DNA of 64,000 nt. Source: Octopus sinensis. Taxonomy: Eukaryota. The stretch lies in contig NC_043000.1 in assembly GCF_006345805.1 (NCBI RefSeq), positions 21,142,001 to 21,206,000 of the forward strand, read 5' to 3'. The translations under genes and the position numbers were made by a program. Positions 50,196 to 62,639 of this stretch are shown here, piece after piece. Position 1 is the first letter of the stretch, and each line of letters opens with the position of its first letter. The notes beneath the pieces were generated by a model that searched no databases, was not told where the DNA came from, and was given only the letters and a program-made list of their open reading frames with translations.

Positions 50196-50629
50196 TGGAT
50201 GATGATGATGATGATGATGATATATATATATATATATATACGCAACTTATATGGTTATTGACGATTTGTCTATTTTCGGCATATTTGCCATTAGAATTTT
50301 TTTCTTTTGCCCTCGTTTATAAGTTGTTTATAAATTTAACCTTTGAAGGTATTTTTAATATGCTGGCCATTGATAGAATTTTTTTCGAAAAATTTTATCC
50401 TATATTAGATGTATATATATGCATATACATATATGTATGTATGTGTGCTTTTATATATGTATATATACATAGTATATATATATATATATATACACGCACA
50501 CACAGATATATATATATATATATATATATAACCATGCCGTCATCGATTAGCGATGTCTTTCGGCAGAATCAAGAATAATTTCTATTAATAATTTGAAACA
50601 TTTGTTAAAGAAATATCGTGAGTCAACGA

Positions 50630-51100
50630 ATGTCGGCTGAAAAGTTCGTAGGCTAACCAAGATACACTCATGGAATGTGACCAAACGAGGCTTATTTTTC
50701 AACATAGGCCCCATTGTGGTCCACATACTTCTTTATTCGCTGTTGCAGTGCTTGGATACCATTGATGAAGAAACTTTTATCCTGTTAGACAAAGAGACCA
50801 TTAACAGCAGATATGACGTGTTCACCACTGCGAAACTGCTTCTCAGCCAAGTGTCTTCCCATGCTGGGGAAACAGATGATAGTCTGATGGGATGAAATCA
50901 GGAGAATAAGGGAGGATAATCACCCAGTTCAAAACCATTGTCACAGACAGCAGCCATTAAAAGCAAGTACACCATTCGCCTGTTCAGGCAACGTCGATTT
51001 GATGGAGGAAGTGAGCTATTGTACAGTACGTGCATTTGATCACCGTAAACAAATCATCTGTGCAGGTTGTTCAGCAAGAAATTGCAGAACCAGCTTGCTC
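50630..51100 (-). mobile_element. Mariner transposon 3' relic
   Basis: Minus-strand FELGDYPPLFS*FHP and downstream text match a decayed HPPYSPDLAPSD..FPSMKKHL..GAYVEK. Confidence 0.75.
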
Positions 51101-51131
51101 AGATGAGAGAAACTATCAGCATGTATGCATT

Positions 51132-51162
<31 letters not shown>

Positions 51163-51320
51163 TGTGTGTGTGTGTGTGTGTCTGAAGATATATATATATT
51201 CCCGTCCGTTAAATTTTCATCTAGTTTCTCGTTTGCTATGTTTTCGTCTAAATTTTTCTCCTTGTGTTCTTTCTGTTCAACCATTGATATATATATATAT
51301 ATTATATAATATATATATAG

Positions 51321-51421
<101 letters not shown>

Positions 51422-51474
51422 TATGGAAAAAATTCAAGATAGAAAATGCTAAAATAGTTTTATAAAAAACATTT

Positions 51475-51510
51475 CAGTACCGGTTTCAGTCATTGAGACT
51501 TCTTCACCTG
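51475..51510 (-). ncRNA. Minimal hammerhead-like motif (G at core position 3)
   Basis: CAG-GTGAAGA-AGTC-TCAAT-GACT-GAAA-CCG-GTA-CTG; palindromic ACCGGT stem III. Confidence 0.5.
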
Positions 51511-51697
51511 TAACAATTAAACAATGAAATTTAGAAAAATTAAAAGAAAAGCTTTTTTAAAAGAATATTTGTATAGTGTTCAAATATAAGTGGCATTTTT
51601 CTTGTTTCTGCTTGTCTCTGTCTCTCTTGTTTACTCTTGTCTATATATATATATATGTGTGTATATATTATATGTGGTGTATATATATATGTGTATA

Positions 51698-51748
<51 letters not shown>

Positions 51749-52091
51749 ATATATATACACATATGCACTCATACACTTATGTACATACTACGTATGTATA
51801 TATGTGTGCGTACGCATGTGTTTGTGTGGGTGGATGTATGCAGAACAAACATACTATAAGTGTCTTAGGTAGACATGTCTTGACAGAATATATTTATAGA
51901 ACCAATTTCTTGCAATTGAAACATTGTGGTTAAACATTTATTTTTGTGTAAAGATCAGTGATATCGATTTTGTACGTATTTCTCATAGAGTCTGAATTTA
52001 AAATTTTCAAGTGTAAATAGCAAAAGTTTAACTCTTTCGTTGGTTCCCTAAATTGTGAATTAGTAACAGATGTAGATTGTTTCGCAATATA

Positions 52092-52258
52092 TAGGCGCAG
52101 GAGTGGCTGTGTGGTAATTAGCTTGCTTTCCAACCATATGGTTCCGGGTTCAGTCCCACTGCGTGGCATCTTGGGCAAGTGTCTTCTGCTATAGCCCCGG
52201 GCCGACCAATGCCTTCTGAGTGGATTTGGTAGACGGAAACTGAAAGAAGCCTGTCGTA

Positions 52259-52309
<51 letters not shown>

Positions 52310-52520
52310 ATATGTTTGTGTGTCTGTGTTTGTCCCCCTAGCACTGCTTGACAACCGATGCTGGTGTGTTTACGTCCCCGTCACTTAGCGGTTCGGCAAA
52401 AGAGACCGATAGAATAAGTACTGGGCTTACAAAGAATAAATCCCGGGGTCGATTTGCTCGACTAAAGGCGGTGCTCCAGCATGGCCGCAGTCAAATGACT
52501 GAAACAAGTAAAAGAGAAAA
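52092..52520 (+). mobile_element. SINE-A full length
   Basis: Consensus match; abutted tail-to-tail by a SINE-C copy on the minus strand (52525-52760). Confidence 0.93.
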
Positions 52521-52829
52521 AGAGTATATATTTCTTTACTACCCACAAGGAGCTAAACACAGAGGGGACAAGCAAGGACAGACAAACGGATTAAGTCGAT
52601 TACATCGACCCCAGTGCGTAACTGGTACTTATTTAATCGACCCCGAAAGGATGAAAAGCAAAGTCGACCTCAGCGGAATTTGAACTCACAACGTAACAGC
52701 AGACGAAATACCATCAAGCATTTCGCTCGGCGTGCTAACGTTTGTGCTAGCTCACCGCCTATCAAGTACCTTCAGTGAAAAGCTCTAGCCCCTGAGGATA
52801 TTCATGTCGACATGGTTGCTACATTAGGG

Positions 52830-53260
52830 GATGACGCTGAATCTAGTGGACAGCTGAATTTAGGAGGGGACGGAAGATGAATCAAGGAAAACAGTGATCG
52901 TGTTTACCACATGGTGATGGACAACAGGCAATTGACTTTAAATCAGATAGCCAATGCTACTGGAATATCCCGTGAGAGAGTTGAGAATATTCTCCACACT
53001 GAATTTGGCATGATGAAGGTTCCTGCTCGGTGGATACCACGTCTTCTGACACTTAATCAGAAGCGCACCAGGCTGATCACATCACGGGAAAATCTAACAT
53101 TGTTTGAGGTAGTTCCAGCTGGTTCCCTTGAACGTTTCCTAATCCAGGATGAGTGTTGGTTTCATCACTTTGAGCCAGAGACGCAGTGACAATCCATGCA
53201 ATGGAAACACCCTTCCTCATTTACTCCAAAGAAGGTCAGGGTCGTTAGTTCTATGCAAGA
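52830..53260 (+). mobile_element. Mariner transposase internal fragment
   Basis: ORF 52911-53189 contains KVPARWIPRLL (WVPxxL linker) and FLIQDECWFHHFEPE (first catalytic D region, TGDETW-like). Confidence 0.85.
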
Positions 53261-53635
53261 TGTTGTGGAAGTTAGGAAAGGCTGTCAAGTCCAAAAGCCC
53301 TGGAAAACTGACTATGCTCCAGTATGACGGCATGGTTATATATGTCAGGTGTCGAAGTGAAGATAGATTTCAATGCACTACTCGGTTTAGAAATTGAAAC
53401 ACCCAAAACACTAGGCTATGCATCCTCATACGTACGTATATAGCTGCATACACACATACATACAAACAGACAGACATTTCATATCGCCTGCCAACACCCT
53501 GAAAGATTGATAGATTTTCCTCATGTTTAGAACAATCTACAAAAGTATAGAGACACACTTATGGGGGTGTATGTGTATGCATGTGCGACTGTACGTGTGT
53601 GTATAGAAAGATAGACGGACAGGCAGACAGCAGAC

Positions 53636-53756
<121 letters not shown>

Positions 53757-53815
53757 TAATACACACACATGCTTACGCACACACACCTACATATACATAC
53801 AAACACAGATATATA

Positions 53816-55062
53816 AAGGGTGCGATGTGTAAATTGTTGCCATTTTATATTTTTAATTTTGCATATGCACATTGTTTGTTTTTGATTTTGTCGACTACAC
53901 AGTATTGTAGGATCGGTTGGGCACCGTCTGTGAGAAGAACAGCACCATGACGCAATTCACTCAGCCAAAAATTTGGAAACTGCATGCTGTATTTAGGCAT
54001 TCGCGCAGGAAGCTCCAATACTAATATTTCAGAGTGTTTGGGTGTCAATCTCAGGACAGCGCAGAGGATTCGGAAAGAGTTGGATGAATCTAATGGTGAT
54101 TACGAAGGTGCGGCAGCTCAGAAGACTCACTCAGATCGTTTTGCTAAGAAAAGAACTCATGTGTCTGTTGGTAGGATCCAAGCCATTATTGACTACGATC
54201 CATCCAAGTGAATCAGGTCCATCGCCAGGGACATGGGAGTGTTTGAGTTTCTAATCAGGCAGGTGGTGCATGAAGGCATTTAGTTTTCCTCAAACAAGAT
54301 GAGAAAGGGCCAATTTTTGTCCAAAGCCATCAAGGACAAGAGGTAAGATCGCGCTACGAAGCTTTTGTACAAACTCAAGCATCCCTCTCCAACCGAAGAT
54401 ACTTTGGTTTTTCTCAGACGAGAAAAATTTCTGCCAGGATCATATGGTGAACACACAGAACAACCGTTGGCTTGCCATGTCTCCAAAACATGTACTGAGA
54501 GGGATAAAAATCAAACATCCAGTCAACATCATGGTGTTTGGAGTGATCACTAGTGATGGCGACGTTATGCCTCCATTTATCTTCCCAGGGCCTGGAGGAG
54601 GTAGTGCTGCCCTGGGTGAAGAGGGTAGCTGCTGGAAGATCCTTTGTCTGGCATCAGGACTCTGCACCATGCTACACAGGCAGGAGAGCCCGGTCATGGC
54701 TGTCAGACAATCTCTGCGACCACGTCACCCCTGGCATCTGGTCATCTAACTCCTTAAGAATGCAACCACTTTGATTATTATGTATGGAACGCAGTTGAGT
54801 GAGAGACTAACAAAACTCCTTGTAGCACCAATGATAAACTGAAGGTAAGGATTATGGCAGCATTCACCAAACAAGGAGACCGTCCACAAGAGTTGCAGGA
54901 GATTCCGGAGTCGTCTGGAGGCCATGGTTGAAGCCAATGGCGATTTTTTAAAATAAATTTATTCTTTAGTATTTCAAGATATTTTAAAATAATTTTGCTA
55001 AATAATCCTGATAAAATGGCATGTCAGTGTTATTTTCATTTCTGAATATTCACCGCATCCTG
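53816..55062 (+). mobile_element. Near-full-length Tc1/mariner superfamily element, maT/DD37D type, inactivated
   Basis: FSDEK, KHPVNIMVFGVIT and QDSAPC..D spaced by 37 residues after frameshift correction; imperfect termini AAGGGTGCG / CGCATCCTG flanked by TA. Confidence 0.85.
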
Positions 55063-56439
55063 TATATATATAGATATGTATGTATGTATATATGTATGTA
55101 TTATTACTTTTATTACTATTATTATTGTTATTATTATAATCATTATTACCATCATTATCATTATTATTAACATTATAATGTACGTATATACATGCATATG
55201 TATGTATTTATGTCTGTTTGTCTGTATGCATGTATATACGTATGTATGTATGTATGTATGTATGTATGTGTGTATGTATGTATGTATGTATGTATGTATG
55301 TATGTATGTATGTATGTATGTATGTGTGTATGTATGTATGTATTATGTATGTATGTATGTACGTATGTATGTACGTACGTGTGCATGTCATTGGCAGTCA
55401 TATTAGCTGAATGATGAAGATGAAACATACATATTCACCTATTCACCTTTATATTGTCATTATTGTAATTCGATATATGATGCTACAAAAATTTGTATCG
55501 CGTTCGTAATTGGCTTAGATTACCACTAATTCTAGACTAGTAATCCGGGATTAGTTTAATCTGTGATTTAAAGACTAATTCTTAAGACACCTTTGTTTCC
55601 TTGCTTATTATTTATATATAACGCGTCCAATTTCTGTTTTATGTAAAATATGTAATATTGATAATATTGATTAAGCTGCTCATTGTCTGCAAGAACTATG
55701 GAATTATACCACTGTCTCCATGTTTATTGTTCGCTTAGATTATTTGATTATTTATGTCTTAGCTTGTATTCATGGCTAACCAATGGCGATAGTCACCATT
55801 AATCTCGGTCTTTGTACATCTTTAGAAATATCATAATCGTTCGGGCTGGTAAAATATTTAGCGTACAAGATGAATACCGGCTTGCCATTGTTTTATTTGT
55901 TCGGGATACGATAAGATTTGAAATAAAATGAATAGGACCCGTAACCTTTAATGTGATGTTGAATTACCGCCGAAGATTTCATCTTCTTTTAATGCGAGAA
56001 AGAACAGAGTTCAGGAATGTCTGACCTGTGTTCTTTCAATTTTGCCCGAATTCTCCATACAATTTTCTGTAGTAGCTAAAGTCTCTAAGATATATCAAAC
56101 TACTTCCAGGCTGACCTGCCTTTCTTTCATATGTTTCGTAAATCTTGTAGCGATTCACTGACACAATAAATGTCACTGAACATCATAAACCTTTTCATCT
56201 TTTAAATCTTTTCCTTGTTTCAGCCATTCCACTGCGGCCATGCTAGAGCACCACCTTAAAAGGCTTAGTTTTAGTCAGACAAATCGACCCCAATGCATAT
56301 TCTGGTGTCTGCTACCTATCCTATCGACCTCTTTCGCAGAACCACTAAGTTTTCGTGGCCATAAGCAGATCAACATCGGTTGTCAAGCAATGGTGTGGTA
56401 TAAACACACATACATATAAACACGTACACACACACATAT

Positions 56440-56761
56440 ATATTCGGAGACCCCCTTCGGTCACGACACAGACCATGGGATTGCACCTAGAAAGTTACCC
56501 TCCTAGACACAAGTCCGGGCGAGGTTGTTTATGGAAGACCAGCAGTCGCCCATGCATACCAGCCTCCCCTCTCCACGCCACCAGTGTTATCCAAGGGAAA
56601 GACAAAGGTCGATACAGTTTGGCACCAGTGACGTTGCAACTCATTTCTACAGCTGAGTGAACTGGAGCAACGTGAAATAAAGTGCCTTGCTCAAGAACAC
56701 AACACGCAGCCCGGTCCGGGATTCGAGCTCACAACCTCGCGATCGTAAGCTCGACGCTCTA

Positions 56762-56765
<4 letters not shown>
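56440..56765 (-). mobile_element. tRNA-derived CORE-like SINE, further family
   Basis: Reverse complement has a GAGCTCGAATCCCGG B-box-like motif, CTTGAGCAAGGCACTT and a distinct GC-rich tail. Confidence 0.7.
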
Positions 56766-56799
<34 letters not shown>

Positions 56800-56827
56800 T
56801 ATATATATATATATATATATAATATAT

Positions 56828-56873
<46 letters not shown>

Positions 56874-57460
56874 CGTACATGCATACATACATGCATGCAT
56901 ACATGCATGTATATGATGGTCTTCCACACTGTTTTCATAAAACCAAATTCCTTCACAAGGCATTGGTTGTCCCAGTGTGGTACAGTGAGACTGAACCCCA
57001 AGACCGCGTGGTTTCAAAATGTACTTCATAATCACACAGCTATACCTGCGCCTATTATTAATTTTGTTTTAAAGTTTTGTTTAAATAAAACTAGTCAGTA
57101 CAATAACACAAGAAAAACTACATCAAATGAAGGATATATCGTCTGTAGAATTACGAGCATGGATGAAGCTCTGTAGTAAAAAGAACTTCACACACAATTT
57201 TAACTGACAGTCCAAAAGAAAAAGCCAGCAATAAACCTTCCTTTCAGTTTAGAAGCATCAATTTTTTCGTTTTGCTGAACCATTAAACCAGCTTCTGGAA
57301 GCTTTGTTTTGTTCTCCGTGTTTTTTTAATGTAACATACCTGTAATTGCTAACGATTTTAATTCTTAATCATTTTGTTGTTTACGGTCATAACAAAGTTT
57401 TTGGGGCAGTTTCGTTCAGGAGTGACGGCTCCACATCATGTAAATTGAAGTTATGTAACA

Positions 57461-57858
57461 TCTTTATATATAAAAGTCAAGTTGTGTGTCTGTCTCCTAC
57501 GATTTAGATTCCTAACTACTCCCACATTTTGCGGTGCAGTGTAACCAAAACCGGGTATCTTATAGTCGTGATTCAAATCGAGCCCTTCTAGTTATTAGCA
57601 CGCGTCTACGATGAGTCTACGATTTTAAAAAAATTTACCATAATTTTTTTCCATTTTAATGCATTTTTTCGCTATTATATAAGGGAAGTAACTCTCTAAA
57701 AATGTCTACGATGAGTCAACGATTTTTTAAAAAAAATATACCATCATTTTTTTTCCATTTTTAATGCATTTTTTGCTATTTTTTGGCTATAACTCTCTAA
57801 AAATGCTTATATAATTATTTCCCTTACAAACCCGAGCAACGCCGGGCGATACTGCTAG
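57461..57858 (+). mobile_element. Non-autonomous Helitron (398 bp)
   Basis: A^TC at the 5' end, subterminal hairpin CCCG-AGCAACGC-CGGG, CTAG^T at the 3' end, no target duplication; internal tandem duplication of about 110 bp. Confidence 0.88.
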
Positions 57859-58004
57859 TATCAATATAAGAAGCAATGGGGTTCAGAGAGGAGATGACGA
57901 ACATATCTGTTTGAATTTGTAGCTGTATCTTCGTTTAATTTTTCATCCTATATCTTATACGTGATAGAAGTATACTATACAGGTATTTTCAGAATTATAC
58001 ACAC

Positions 58005-58172
58005 ACAGGCGTAGGAGGGGCTGTGTGGTAAGTAGCTCCCTTAAGAACCACATGGTTCCGGGTTCAGTCCCACTGCGTGGCACCTTGGGCAAGTGTCTTC
58101 TACTATAGCCTCGGATCGACCAAAGCCTTGTGAGTGGATTTGGTAGACGGAAATTGAAAGAAGCCCGTCGTA
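58005..58172 (+). mobile_element. SINE-A 5' half
   Basis: Consensus match. Confidence 0.88.
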
Positions 58173-58191
58173 TATATGTATATATATATGT

Positions 58192-58446
58192 GGGGGGGGG
58201 AAGTATCAAAGTGACGCTGTTTTAGGCGTATTCTTTTGCGTCTCTTAAATAATTTCGTCGTCATTGTCAAGCAAATGACGACGAAATTATTAAGAGACGC
58301 AAAAGAATACGCCTAAAACAGCGTCACTTTGATACTTTTTCCCACGTGTGTGTGTGTGTGTGTGCGTGGGAAAAAGTATCAAAGTGACGCTGTTTTAGGC
58401 GTATTCTTTTCGTCTCTTAAATAATTTCGTCGTCATTTGCTTGACA
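58192..58446. repeat. Inverted triplication of an approximately 80 bp unit
   Basis: Forward 58192-58265, reverse 58265-58346, (TG)n spacer, forward 58365-58446; near-identical. Confidence 0.95.
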
Positions 58447-59019
58447 CATTGCCATGTGTGTAAATGATATATATATATAGGATATATATGGAAAAACCTT
58501 TGAACAATGCTGATAAGAATTTAGGCAAAATATAAGCTGGTGTCAATAATGAGACAATAAAAGAAAAAAAATATTGTATTGCTTTACATAGATTGTTTAA
58601 TGTTCCTATAATATTTCGGAAAAGATTCCTCTTTTCAAATAGAACATAATCGAAGAATCTGGAGAAATTTGTTGTTACTCGCAAGCCTTTCTACTACAAT
58701 GTGAGGAAAAGCATTGGAAGAGGTATTTATAGCTGTGGTTCGTTAAGATAGGTAGTATCAGCAGCAGCTTGCCGTGTGGTGTGGCAATGACGGTGACAGC
58801 CAATGACGTGATATGATAAGTTTGTTGAAAGAGTAGCGGGAAATGGCACTGAACTATAGTTTCCTTCTTTACTTTTCAATGTTTATATATTTTAAGTATA
58901 TGTTGATCGTGTGACCAGAAATAGAGTAAATCCTGTTATCTCACCAGCTCATATCCTAACGTTTTCAAATAAATGGTTCGGTACTAGTAATATTCCATTT
59001 ATTAATACTTTGTAATGCT

Positions 59020-59345
59020 GTGAAAGCGCATGGTTTAGTAGTTCGGGCATTCGGCTTTTCGTCGTAAGCTCATGAGTTCGAGTCTTGGCAGCGTGTTGTG
59101 TTCTTGAGCAAGACACTTTATTTCAAGTTGCCAAAGTCTACTCGGCTGCAAAAGTGAATTGTGCCTGTAATTCAAAAGATCAGCCTCGTCACATTCTGTG
59201 TCACACTGAAACTCCCTGCGAACTACGTTTAGAGTACGCGTGTCTGTGGAGTGCTCAGCCACTTGCACGTTAATTTCACGAGTAGGCTGTTCCGTTGATC
59301 GGATCAACTGGAACACTCGTCGTCGTAACCGACGGAGAGCCAGAA
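59020..59345 (+). mobile_element. tRNA-derived SINE (alternative head with tail type i)
   Basis: GAGTTCGAGTC B-box-like motif, TTGAGCAAGACACTT and GGAGTGCTCAGCCACTTGCACGTTAATTTCACGAG..GTCGTAACCGACGGAG. Confidence 0.82.
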
Positions 59346-59829
59346 TAGAAGTCATTTATGCATAACTAATCAATAGCAAAACAACAAACTACGAGTATTT
59401 TTTTGTTTGTTTTTTAGATTTCCTTTCTACTGGAAACACCAATACTTCTTTCGAAATGCGCTACAGATTCTTGCATTCACTTAAGATATCTTACATCTGA
59501 AATCCTATTCCTTTCTCTAAAATCCTCAGTTAATCCTGAGCTAATCATGAGTCATTCAAAAGAGTTCTTTCTCAAGTGTTAATGATTCGATAAGCGTCTT
59601 GTGAATTACCTCGTGACACAATTCAGCGCATAGACAATTCATCGTGGGGTATTTTATTGAATTTAGGTAAAGGTTATTTTGGGGATGAAAAAGAACAAAA
59701 CAAAAAAAAAAGAGGAAAAATTTTAATTATTTATTATTCGGCGCCGTAGATTTGACATAAAATTGTCGGCAGAAATGTCGGCGCTGAATTGTCGGTACTC
59801 CGTATTATTTATACTATATAATAAATGTG

Positions 59830-60050
59830 CCCTTTTAAAGCCTAGCCAGGCTCATGGGCCCCGGTTTCCATGGCGTATGTGTTCCTCAGCTGGATGGAAC
59901 GCCAGTCCGTCGCAGCGTTACTCATTTTTGCCAGCTGAGTAGACTGGAGCAAAGTGAATTGAAGTCTTTTGCTCAAGAACACAACGCATCGATCCCACAA
60001 TCTTACGATCATGGTGCTTACACCCTAACCACTAAGCCACGCGCCCCCAC
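59830..60050 (-). mobile_element. tRNA-derived SINE (alternative head with tail type ii)
   Basis: Tail GATGGACTGGCGT..GCCCATGAGCCTGGCTAGGCT shared with 6784-7095. Confidence 0.75.
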
Positions 60051-60197
60051 ATTTATACAATATACACTTTAGTATACGAAAGACAAAGCTTCACTATGTA
60101 TGTTCGATAAGAAAACAATGTGCGGACAGAACCATAACTTAAGGCAGAACAGTGTTGACAGTATATTGTTCAGAGAAAGCCTCATTGATAGAAATCT

Positions 60198-60252
<55 letters not shown>

Positions 60253-60420
60253 GGGGAGAGACTAGTGGTGCGTATAAGTGAGTTTTTCTGAGGGTTTACA
60301 GGGAAAACTCAACCGAAACTTTCGCAGATAGCAACAAGAGCCACATTACTTTTGCTCTGTAGAACTAAACGAATAAAAGCTCGAGAGTTCATTGACAGGA
60401 AGTCATACCATGAACGCTAC

Positions 60421-60595
60421 CTGAAGCAGTTGCTTTGAGGGGTTTGAGGCGTTATTTATATTTGACAGTGATGTAACACTAACAACATCAGTAAGACCAT
60501 TATTCCAGTTTTTTGCAATTTGTCCATTATTTGAAAAAAATAAAAGACTACACTTCTTTTGATCATTATCTGAAATGATATTTTTAGCAGAAAGT
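60421..60595 (-). CDS. Candidate coding exon of an unidentified host gene
   Basis: Acceptor CACTTTTACAG| and donor CAG|GTAGCG; 175 nt = 1 + 58 codons, LSAKNIISDNDQKKCSLLFFSNNGQIAKNWNNGLTDVVSVTSLSNINNASNPSKQLLQ, in unique sequence. Confidence 0.5.
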
Positions 60596-60671
60596 CTGTA
60601 AAAGTGCCGATACAGATCAATACAGGTTAACCACCTGGTAACTGGCATTCTCTTTATAACTATCAGATGTT

Positions 60672-60714
<43 letters not shown>

Positions 60715-60759
60715 CTCTTTCTCTCTATCTTCCTGTCTCTCTCTCTTTCTCTCTATCTT

Positions 60760-60837
<78 letters not shown>

Positions 60838-61217
60838 ACTAAAACGCGCGCTTTACATAGTATTTGCAGAAAGAGAAAAGCACCGATAAATAGAAAACAA
60901 ATATAAAATATGTAACTATTTTGAATAAAAATAGAAACTATATAAATATTAGTTCGTGAAAATATTCAGTAGAATTCTGTTGTCTAGGGAGAGTCATTCT
61001 CTTTTAGTGCCTTGTCATTTAACACACGCACCGATAGAGTTTCCACTCTTTTACATATTTATTTTCATAAAATGTTCGTTGCGTCTTGCAACCTTTTCAA
61101 TAGTCATTGACTCTCTCCGCTATTCCAGCTGCGTTCTTTTTGGTTGTTTGTGCGCATGTGTGTGGGTCAGTGTGTGTGCGCATGCACATGTATGTATGTA
61201 TGTTGTATGTATGTATG

Positions 61218-61253
<36 letters not shown>

Positions 61254-61267
61254 TATAAATGTGCGTG

Positions 61268-61314
<47 letters not shown>

Positions 61315-61371
61315 ATATAAATGTGCGTGTATATATATATATATATATGTGTGTGTATGTATGTATGTAGG

Positions 61372-61765
61372 GCGGAGGAACTCTTGAGAGTCAACGGCCA
61401 TCCAATAAATATCTTAAGGCTGTATCATGCGCGGGGACATAGAAATAATCGGACTGAATACCCTATCGCGCGGTTAAACCATTGGGAGTGAAGGACTCCT
61501 AGCCTTTGTTAGGGCATCCTTCTAGGAGAAGGTAACTCAGGTAACTGGGATAACTCCGGCATTAAACCTGCGGCTCAGTGGTTACCGATGATGTTGACTT
61601 GTTCTTCTTTTCGGATTATGGCTGCTGTTGCTTAGTGAGTGGTATTGACTCAGTGCACAGCCTTTCCTCACTTAAAAAAAAATCTTCTTGCTCAGGCATT
61701 GCATGATAACAACATTAATTAAGCTTCGTGCAATGGCCATACTCGATAACGACGGGGCAGCCACC
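61372..61765 (+). repeat. GC-richer interspersed repeat, possibly an RTE-like 5' UTR
   Basis: GGGCATCCTTCTAGGAGAAGGTAACTC resembles RTE 5' UTR text; inference only. Confidence 0.3.
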
Positions 61766-61851
61766 ATGTATGTATGTATGTATGTATGTATGTATATATG
61801 TGTGTATGTATGTATGTATGTATGTATGTATGTATGTATGTACGAACTCAC

Positions 61852-61942
61852 ATAAAGAATCTTGCAAACCAAATCCAAAAACGAAATTCAGTAGGATATT
61901 TTCCGACATATTTTGTTGTAAATGTACAGAATATGAATGAAT
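61852..61942 (-). CDS. Candidate exon upstream of 60421-60595
   Basis: TTTTGCAAG| acceptor and |GTGAGT donor; the frame SFIFCTFTTKYVGKYPTEFRFWIWFARFF ends in phase 2, compatible with 60421-60595; a second frame is also open. Confidence 0.35.
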
Positions 61943-62034
61943 CTTGCAAAATCAATTAGCACTTTATAGTTATTAACTTTGAACAATGTAGAGAATATTA
62001 AAATCTAAGAAAACAATCTGTAATTATCAAGGTA

Positions 62035-62269
62035 CTGTTTTACTCTTATACATGTTTCAGTCATTTGACTGCGGTCATGCTAGAGCACCGCCTTTAGTCG
62101 AAGACATCGCCCCCCCAGGACTTATTCTTTGTAAACCTAGTACTTATTCTATCGGTCTCTTTTGCTGAACCGCTAAGTTACGGGGACGTAAGGACACCAG
62201 CATCGGTTGTCATGCGATGCTGGGGGACAAACACACACACACACACACCCACACACATATATATATATG

Positions 62270-62329
<60 letters not shown>

Positions 62330-62372
62330 TATAAATGTGCGTGTATATATATATATATATATATAATATATA

Positions 62373-62407
<35 letters not shown>

Positions 62408-62575
62408 CATATACATATATGCATATATACGACGGGCTTCTTTCAGTTTCCGTCTACCAAATCCACTCACAAGGCTTTGGTCAGCCCGAAACTATAGTAG
62501 AAGACACTTGCCCAAGGTGCCACGCCGTGGGACCGAACCCGGAACCATGTGGTTGGTAAGCAAGCTACTTACCAC
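62035..62575 (-). mobile_element. SINE-A full length with expanded internal microsatellite
   Basis: Consensus match. Confidence 0.9.
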
Positions 62576-62639
62576 TTCTTTAAATATTTTTATCAATTAG
62601 CGAAAAATATTTCCAAAGTAGATATTGCTTCTTATACCA

